Origin: a virus
Lineage: Duplodnaviria; Caudoviricetes
Direction: 5' to 3' (one strand)
Virus record (IMG/VR): IMGVR_UViG_3300048636_000041
Span: 1 to 30,765 of that record
DNA: 30,765 nucleotides
How positions within the stretch are numbered: position 1 is the first letter of the stretch; every line of letters starts with the position of its first letter. Shown in pieces: positions 18,801 through 24,232 of this stretch. The notes under the pieces were generated by a model, which made no database searches, was not told the origin of the DNA, and worked only from the letters and a program-made list of their open reading frames with translations. The position numbers were made by a program, and so were the translations under genes.

Positions 18801-19680
18801 CTATACCTGTACAAGTAGACTTACTAGTATAAGATCTACTTGTACAATAACTAGTAGGTTCGTACCCTGTGTAATTATGAGGCACTTTACACTTTATACC
18901 CCTAATATGGTAAGCTCTTTTAGGTATAGCATTAAATTGTCTAGCATTTATACGAATGCCCATCAAGGCAGTATTAGGATAAGTTAATTTATTGTCAATT
19001 ATTTTAGTATAGCTTTCCCAGAATATAGCATCATTAGTGGCACTATCGACCGGATGCTTAGTTAGCCTTACTACTTTAATATTTATCTGACTTATATACT
19101 TCCCTTCTAATTTGTCCTGCCATAATTCTATTCTGTGTTCTCTTGTATATTTAGAAGTAGTCTTACCATCAAAACTAGCAGCCACGACTTCCTCGAACTT
19201 ACCTCCCTGGTATGCTACCTGTATAGAGTAGTCTACTTTTGTACCATGGATATCTCCAAGAACTTTATCCTGCTTAGTTAGCTGTGATACGGATAATGTT
19301 ACGGAAACCGCATCTAAATTACCTTGGTTAATAGTTATAGGAGGAGGAGCACCTACTCCTCTTTTTACTTCTATACCAACAGACGTTTGTCCTCTTACTC
19401 CCCCAAATCCTGGTATAGCCCCCTGCTCCTGGGTACCCGCCATCGCATAAGTATCTACTCCATCAAAATTATAAGTTCCAGCATCGTTCTGAAGAGCTGT
19501 TTCATTAAAAAAGATACTTTTATTACCATCTACTAATCCGTCTATCTCTCCTTCTGAAATAGCGTCAACTACTTTAGCGTATTGAGAGGAATGTAGATTA
19601 TCTGGTTCCTCTACAGCTTGACGAGCTTCCCCGCCCCCTTTTCCGCCTCCCGATCCTACGATTAAAATTTTAGTGTCCAC
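12829..19680 (-). CDS. Tail tip/central fibre protein, lambda gpJ-like, 2283 aa, with ~8 FN3-like repeats and Cys-rich insertions
   Basis: GSGGGKGG start, ISEGEIDGL, YPNTALMG, WTTNPAWIYYDLLTNKRYGLG, EPRF, GCTSRGQAHRLG, PGELIKVAD motifs; repeated AVDxAGNxS; GTG start with GAGGA RBS. Confidence 0.92.
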   Translation of the reverse strand: MDTKILIVGSGGGKGGGEARQAVEEPDNLHSSQYAKVVDAISEGEIDGLVDGNKSIFFNETALQNDAGTYNFDGVDTYAMAGTQEQGAIPGFGGVRGQTSVGIEVKRGVGAPPPITINQGNLDAVSVTLSVSQLTKQDKVLGDIHGTKVDYSIQVAYQGGKFEEVVAASFDGKTTSKYTREHRIELWQDKLEGKYISQINIKVVRLTKHPVDSATNDAIFWESYTKIIDNKLTYPNTALMGIRINARQFNAIPKRAYHIRGIKCKVPHNYTGYEPTSYCTSRSYTSKSTCTGIDRVNITHIGTSGAQGDAVIFTAPNTPALEGDKTAEGTLVVGVVSVNITDIGQDYENGDYVVFSEPDIEGGERATGYLVSGVAFINDFPDNIALPSTGYLFDFPDDGIAEVIITNPGSGYTSAPTVTFDAGGGTGAEGTAYIGVVEVDITEPGTGYVADGAVSTNSGFSGIAVRGGAWKDGVQPGDVLYEGYFNGDLDGKVIWTTNPAWIYYDLLTNKRYGLGDYLQENQIDKWSLYQIGRYCDAVNSAGEFVGVKSGFKLGGDDVWEPRFATNVYIQDQQEAIKVVQDLAFAFRGLSYWSHGQLVAVQDSPKEPTQLFTAANVVDGEFGYSGTSQKARKTVALVSWNDPKNFYKRKIEYVEDREGIKRYGIRKTDITSFGCTSRGQAHRLGLWTLFTDTLETETLVFKAGIEAAVLQPGELIKVADTSRSGNRYGGRIKSGSTKTNIILDSPLENVIPHHGYKLNVIHTDDACLHPQEISFGVPHPHAGELYIPVNPGNPGELEDKEVCISDGGQWSPYMFIENYPVNILSDSASSIDISSEISNATGGGGVDIVDTQMSFSHKFHGITVTNLTTSNTAVIDNVISATQVTVSDFNGFASQGDSLEYHHELTNTPNADYMWLLEEMGVVEAQVFRVLGVKEAKKNEYEVLAMEYHADKYRIIEEGLNFEELDELSISRIPNITDGCPPPSDLDIYEQPYSSSDGSVKNKAVIRWKPPIGYSFIRDYIIKYRVNNGIWIDAGNTEYLELEILDAVAGTYEAKVAAQSVLTNTMSSTISASATLVGLSKPPSSVTSFCRSIAGIEVPYLKTLDTCERQGRCSILGSGGIVANTEAECSSLAPVDASGNLLEEIKCEELFHNWEGTSCIGKWTSDYNTWETDPSRFTVVNDPTTGTYLSWEEVTDLDLHHYDVRMSMDGVKWDYAVPIVHTNTLSYGGASGLYLASGTHTYLIKAVDTSNVESAEVSKVSTSITGPNLITGEDFSFVGTNVVLKWTKAVQGTYNVVDYEVRYGDNWAGSEDTHVLTGGSASIAVAVGWGSSAERSRKFWIAAKDKANNYSTPVLLKVEVLIPKWGNIDSWNAHELVRDSLILNWSEPDVHSLPVENYELRKGGDEGDKGSLVGIFKTLTHTMLVNWSKGDENFWIKAIDSAGNYSEAWEAHVVTTWAPFNVITVKNSFIGSDLVLTWGIKVTDDSPLYTLEIDHWIVTDKETNNFMLMKGPRHTEKVTWIGNDRVFSIIAVDTAGNKSKEGVEVTIDVVDPVEPFMEVPSIGADSVTVAWSAPTSGSLEIREYILRKGKNWLCTFVVPCPDGGNNVDITKFLGLSYTQKVDWAVDQYGDMSFFIQAVDTAGNKSPEPVTNSTDSIGWAMPDLKPLGAITNVEIKMAGKRVDLTWKAPTDTGGNSLELLHYQIEGYKANTLSSDGSSPILLKTTGSTSYSEEVTWTTEEQGIRVFTVTPVDAANNKGTATDISVAVPKPERPGMGQCSNPILYTKAKCGTDASATWAATTKTLTSVVVDNNVLLRWGTSSNVLNLDIETYEVRRCPDSSPSDCIIDNDSWAGLLPVTTTTGQFISHMETISNEYKYGVVAIDVAGNYSETTELLVSVSEPPDFVLQNEFVSTLDEDFPIPATVPPLAPELTKIEMDNIFRGASIAFLPVGGTEITETWEQHFTNNSFGTSPEPTFQNVIDSGYAYYLQPTTPANANFWQMWDLGVELDSSNVSLSIASTIVDGGVAMEHTMYYSNAAFDSNPDNWPSMSIPTNWTELPSIAAAISEKFRYIKIYTEFITDPTTAGFNLISLDEYKLKLSIKTISDSAEVVITDDSGICNKAGGLTIEDSYCGESIGTVMTPSIINEEDCEAGGGTWYPIPIPEGDNNISACTSASGDWFSTRKGLKVSRVFFNKDFKDIRDIVATVKLGSSDPLSLRAIIDFVDIAGPEYFYVHIIDTAVYNTGTYDVIYNTGTYDVNWDWTDSLDGSPKSFNGTVTWNSTGTK
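12912..12965. repeat. 27-bp perfect tandem duplication near the gpJ C-terminus
   Basis: taacatcatacgtccccgtattatata x2 (YNTGTYDV twice). Confidence 0.9.
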
Positions 19681-20338
19681 TTGATTCCTCCGATGTAACT
19701 GAAGCGCTTATTAAAGCCCCTCCTACTATTAATTCTCCGTAGCATATAGGTATAGGAAGTCCTTGAGACATAGTATTAACCGGCCCATCAAAATTATAGG
19801 ACTGTCCATTATCTACTTCGTTACTCACGGGTTTCTTTGGCTTAGGAGCTAGCATCTGTGCAATACCGTTCATCATTAATGACATACCCATATTCATAGC
19901 AAACTTAGACATCAGACTTGTTGCAGATAACGTAGTACCTAACATAGTATTCATACCTACTGCCCATGTTGTTCCAAAACCAGCACCTACAGTACCTGCA
20001 GTGGCCATACCTGCCCCCATCTCTGCTAGCCCTGCCAAGTAAGGGGCAAATATAATTAGCGCTCCTATAATTAGCATCATAACTCCCCCCTTTTTTGAAC
20101 CATGTATTACTGGTATGAACTTTAAGTCTTTAGACCCTAAAGGATCCATTAATTCTTTATCGCTAATATCAGAGTCTCCAACGACTACATGATACTCTTT
20201 ATCCACGATGTATTGCATGAATCCAGGCTTGTTAGCTTCTATAGCTTTAGCTGCTTCATGAGGATTGTGTACGTCAAGAACCCATTCTTTACCGAATCGT
20301 TCGCCTAAATCTCCATATAATGTTACTTTTCTCAACAT
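19670..20338 (-). CDS. Tail assembly protein, lambda gpI-like (ubiquitin-like N-domain), 222 aa
   Basis: VTLYGDLGERFG, FIPVIHG, hydrophobic middle, YNFDGPVNT..QGLPIPICYGE..VG motifs. Confidence 0.9.
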   Translation of the reverse strand: MLRKVTLYGDLGERFGKEWVLDVHNPHEAAKAIEANKPGFMQYIVDKEYHVVVGDSDISDKELMDPLGSKDLKFIPVIHGSKKGGVMMLIIGALIIFAPYLAGLAEMGAGMATAGTVGAGFGTTWAVGMNTMLGTTLSATSLMSKFAMNMGMSLMMNGIAQMLAPKPKKPVSNEVDNGQSYNFDGPVNTMSQGLPIPICYGELIVGGALISASVTSEESSGH

Positions 20339-21063
20339 AATGACTTGTGCCTTAATACATGTATAGTATTCTTTTGATAGTATTCCCCGTATATATCTTT
20401 AGTAGATAATCTACCCATAAGATGATGCATAATCATATTACCTCCTAAATAAATCGCTGCATGATTACAAACATTAGATACTATTTGTAAAAGTAAAACA
20501 TCATGTTCTTGCATTTTGCTATGATCTTTTATTTCTACAAACGAGCCTTCTGTCCAACTATCCCAATTTTCTTCATAATAGTCCTTCCCCTTATTCCACC
20601 ACTCATACTCAGAAGGAAAATACTTTATATTATCAATATCTAAAATTTCCTTATAGTAGTCTATAAATAAGGTTTGACAATCTGTAATGCCGTACATAAA
20701 TTGTCTACCAAGTAATGGTTGCTTAATCCCTCTAGGGGCTATATTGCACCAGCTGATCCTAGGATAAGACACTATATACCAAGGTTTACCTGACTTTTCA
20801 CAAGATAATATATCAGCTTTACTTGGCTTTGCTGAAGCATTGGGATGACTATGAATAATCGCTAGTACTTCTCCTCTATCTTCCCCTTCCATATAATCTA
20901 AAGGGTCTATTATAAAGTCTTGTTCTTCGTGTCCTGTTGCTATATTTCTACACTTATGATATACTTGTTTACCCTCTACATTCAATAGTAGCCCACAACA
21001 CTCTCTAGGATAAGAATTTTTTGCATCTTGTTCTATTTCTAACTTAATATCTGTATCAATCAT
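20332..21063 (-). CDS. Tail assembly protein, lambda gpK-like (JAB/MPN + NlpC/P60), 243 aa
   Basis: YPRECCG...HSHP...PSKAD JAB motif; GITDCQTL...NHAAIYLG..HH NlpC/P60 motif. Confidence 0.93.
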   Translation of the reverse strand: MIDTDIKLEIEQDAKNSYPRECCGLLLNVEGKQVYHKCRNIATGHEEQDFIIDPLDYMEGEDRGEVLAIIHSHPNASAKPSKADILSCEKSGKPWYIVSYPRISWCNIAPRGIKQPLLGRQFMYGITDCQTLFIDYYKEILDIDNIKYFPSEYEWWNKGKDYYEENWDSWTEGSFVEIKDHSKMQEHDVLLLQIVSNVCNHAAIYLGGNMIMHHLMGRLSTKDIYGEYYQKNTIHVLRHKSLC

Positions 21064-23879
21064 TAAAATCCTAGCCCTACTCCAGGGAAGCCTCCATAAG
21101 GTAATTCTGCACTATTTAAATCCCAGCAACCAAACTCCTCTGCAGAATTCCAGTAATACCCTGCATCCTCACAAGTATTTTTGTAATCATATTTTGGCTT
21201 AAAACAACTAGTGCCATTCCAAAAATATTCAGTCCACATCCATGTTCCTTGAGCAGCCCACGTTCCTTTAGCAGCCCACTCACCTTGACAAGTCTCTTGA
21301 GTATCTGCAGTAGTCTCTTCTAATCCATTAATAGTAACAGTACAAACTTCTGTTTCACAAGCACTCTGAGTTGTATAGTCTAGATCTGAACAAACTTCTG
21401 TTTCACAAGCACTCTGAGTTGCATAGCTTGTATCTGAACAATGATAGTTATGACAAGACTCTTCATCATAGTCAGTTCCAGGAGAGGGAGTTAATGCTGT
21501 TAATTCATTATAATAAGTAGCAACGGCTCCGCTAATCCAAGTAGCCGGGGCTCCGGAGACATCTTGTAAAGCTGTACAAGATGCCTCACTAACTGCATCC
21601 CAAGCTCCGGCGGAGGGCCAATTTGAGCAGGTTCCTACTTCATATAAAGCTATACAAGATGTCTTCCCTACCCCATCCCAGGTCCAACTATTACCCGATC
21701 CATCTCTAGTACCTGTGCATGACTGTATGACGTCCTCATATATTTTCTCTGCAAAACGTAGCTCACAACTTTTTAACTTTTTAGCACATACATCATCTTT
21801 TTCATTACTGCCGGTATTTTTAACTGGTTCATCATTTTTATCAAAATATCTATCCCCACTATATGGACAATTACCATCCCTATACTTCCATAGACAAGTA
21901 TTTTGAATTATCTCTCTCTTTGGAAGTTTTATACCCTCTACATCCCATGCAGGTGCTAATTCAAATTCAATAACTACTTTTGTTTCCCCTACTTTTCTAT
22001 CTATGAAGAAAACATCATCTGCAAAGAATGCCTCAGAATCAGAGGTATCAAGTACAAGTTTATTAATAGGTGTCAATGTATGACCGTGGTTCCCCGATAT
22101 ACCTCTAGTTATAACATCCCCTCGTACCCAGGTTTGCTCTACTTGAAAATTATCGATCAGCAATTCATCGTTCTCTCCTCCAGTAGCAGCAGATGAAAAT
22201 ATTTCAAACCTTGTTCTAGCCGTAGCCTCATTAAACTCTGTAGTGAAGAAAGTCTTCGAATAAGTTTGCCACCCTGTGCCTGTTAAATTCTCTGTAAATT
22301 CTGTAGTCCAAGTTCCATCACCGTTATCTGATTCTACTAATATTTTTTGGGTGTTACCTACTATTACTTTATAATTGAAACTAATATTGTATTCTTTTTC
22401 AGCATAAGTATCTATATCTATGAAAGCATAATTATTAGTACCACCTGATTCTATTCTTAATACATTACTATACCCAGTATCTAACGAATCATAAGCAGCA
22501 GTTATAGTAGTACCAATATTATAATACCAATTAGTAGTAGCTTCTTCAAAAGTACTATTACCCCCTTCTACTAGTTTTGGGTCGTCTGTGCCCTCGTGTA
22601 AGTATTCTAATGTTGCTAAATGAGAATGAATTGCTGGTCTAGGTATTAAAAGTGTTGCTACCTGACCTAAAAGGATCCCTTCTCCTGCAAATATTAAAGA
22701 TGCATTAGCTAGCCCTCCAGTAGTATCTATTACAGGAGTTCCAAATATTGGAGGTACACCTGTAGGATATATAATAATATGAGGTGTCCCATTAGGATGA
22801 TTATCAGTAGCATCTAAAAACTCTATAGTAATATTCGCTACTTCAGAGTTTATTGGTGCTGTATACATAATACTGACACTATGAGAATGACCTTCTATAA
22901 CCTCTGTACTGACCGGATAGGTGGTACCAGGATTTTCTAGTATTTCATATACTTGTTCACCGGTAAGGTCTAGTTCATGAATATGTGCAGAAATACCTGC
23001 ATCTACTCCTTCGTTTATGGTAGGAATTAGTACAGATACTAAACTAAGGTTATCCTCAGTATTATATCCCGCTCCTCCTACAATGGAGAAACCTTCTACT
23101 GTACCAGAAGTACTTAGAGAGTTTATATCTATAGAAGCCAATGAAAGAGCATTATTTTCTACCGGTTTGTTAAACGGACTCTCAGTATTAAATAGATTAC
23201 ATATATCAGTTGAAGTTAAATTTAGTTTGTGAGTATGCTGATGAGTATCTGAACTTCTTAAATATAAGTTAAGATCTGTACCTGACTCAAAGGTACTTTT
23301 ATTATTTACGTACCAAGTGCCTACGGCAGCACAATCGATACAGGTAAAAGGGGCCCAATAAGAGCTACCCATGGTACTAGCTTCACAGTCCGCTTTGTTG
23401 GTATAATTCGTATCTTGGCAGAAGCCTCCTACTGCCTGCCCTCCATCATCTAGCACACAATAGCTATCTAAATATCTAGCATAGGTTCTTTTTCTTGTTA
23501 CTTTTACCCCTACTAAATCGTCGAAATCTCGGGTTAGATTAGATATAAAACCCCATCCAGTACCTGTAGAAGAGGTAGTAATGTTAGCTACACCCATAGT
23601 AGGCCTAGGGATTTGATTAGTACCTACTGCCTCAAATCCCGACATTTGTACAGGGAAAGGATCGTATATATTGCCCTGCCAAACTATAGGGCTATCCATA
23701 TTATTAGTACCAGCATGAAATCTTAATACATCATTAACCCTAGCTCCTGTTGTAGGACTATATAGTTCTACAGACCCTAAGTCTAACTCGAATAATTCGA
23801 TTAAAGCATCTGTCCCTAAAGAAGCAGATACCTCTGCAATCGTAGATCGTTCAGCTATCTGGGAAAGGCTCTTACTCAT
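21063..23879 (-). CDS. Tail tip protein, lambda gpL-like, expanded to 938 aa by two large insertions
   Basis: IELFELD, RFHAGTN, WQGNIYDPFP, PRPT..VAN, RKRTYARYLD, FIDRK..IEFELA, C-x-W-x-YR..C...C..K..SC..RF and PYGGFPG motifs. Confidence 0.9.
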   Translation of the reverse strand: MSKSLSQIAERSTIAEVSASLGTDALIELFELDLGSVELYSPTTGARVNDVLRFHAGTNNMDSPIVWQGNIYDPFPVQMSGFEAVGTNQIPRPTMGVANITTSSTGTGWGFISNLTRDFDDLVGVKVTRKRTYARYLDSYCVLDDGGQAVGGFCQDTNYTNKADCEASTMGSSYWAPFTCIDCAAVGTWYVNNKSTFESGTDLNLYLRSSDTHQHTHKLNLTSTDICNLFNTESPFNKPVENNALSLASIDINSLSTSGTVEGFSIVGGAGYNTEDNLSLVSVLIPTINEGVDAGISAHIHELDLTGEQVYEILENPGTTYPVSTEVIEGHSHSVSIMYTAPINSEVANITIEFLDATDNHPNGTPHIIIYPTGVPPIFGTPVIDTTGGLANASLIFAGEGILLGQVATLLIPRPAIHSHLATLEYLHEGTDDPKLVEGGNSTFEEATTNWYYNIGTTITAAYDSLDTGYSNVLRIESGGTNNYAFIDIDTYAEKEYNISFNYKVIVGNTQKILVESDNGDGTWTTEFTENLTGTGWQTYSKTFFTTEFNEATARTRFEIFSSAATGGENDELLIDNFQVEQTWVRGDVITRGISGNHGHTLTPINKLVLDTSDSEAFFADDVFFIDRKVGETKVVIEFELAPAWDVEGIKLPKREIIQNTCLWKYRDGNCPYSGDRYFDKNDEPVKNTGSNEKDDVCAKKLKSCELRFAEKIYEDVIQSCTGTRDGSGNSWTWDGVGKTSCIALYEVGTCSNWPSAGAWDAVSEASCTALQDVSGAPATWISGAVATYYNELTALTPSPGTDYDEESCHNYHCSDTSYATQSACETEVCSDLDYTTQSACETEVCTVTINGLEETTADTQETCQGEWAAKGTWAAQGTWMWTEYFWNGTSCFKPKYDYKNTCEDAGYYWNSAEEFGCWDLNSAELPYGGFPGVGLGF
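21240..21440. repeat. Paired tandem repeats in gpL insertion: 18-bp unit x2 (21240-21275) and 48-bp unit x2 (21342-21440)
   Basis: AAKGTW/AAQGTW and CSDTSYATQSACETEV/CSDLDYTTQSACETEV; 32 nt identical at 21342-21373 and 21390-21421. Confidence 0.88.
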
Positions 23880-24229
23880 AAGTCATGTACTCGTGTAAAT
23901 TTTGCTTGAACAGTTAAAACTCCTGTTTGAGGGTAAGTAGTGGTCCAACTATCTACTATAACTTTTATAGATGTAGTAGCGTACGGAGGAGTCCATGTTA
24001 TAGCATGTATGCCTTCAGTACTCTCAAAGAAATCGATTAGTTTTTGACCATCAGCTACCTTACGATTTTTCCAAGTTAGATTCCAAGACTCGGTAATAGT
24101 ATTAATACCATCACGAGCTCTTTGCATATACCCATCTCCAAATTGAGTTTTAAGTATACGAGGTTTCATATCCTGTTTTAAGGCTTTATCTGGGTTAAAC
24201 CCAATTGTTATGTCGTAATCATATGCCAT
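23876..24229 (-). CDS. Minor tail (distal tail) protein, lambda gpM-like, 117 aa
   Basis: FGDGYMQR..DGIN..W.LTW, WTPP motifs; position between TMP and gpL. Confidence 0.92.
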   Translation of the reverse strand: MAYDYDITIGFNPDKALKQDMKPRILKTQFGDGYMQRARDGINTITESWNLTWKNRKVADGQKLIDFFESTEGIHAITWTPPYATTSIKVIVDSWTTTYPQTGVLTVQAKFTRVHDL

Positions 24230-24232
24230 AAT

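Noticed and set aside
21110-23465. Inteins as explanation of the gpL/gpJ insertions
   Set aside because: No HINT blocks or terminal HN-(C/S/T) junction and no LAGLIDADG motif recognised at the insert borders.
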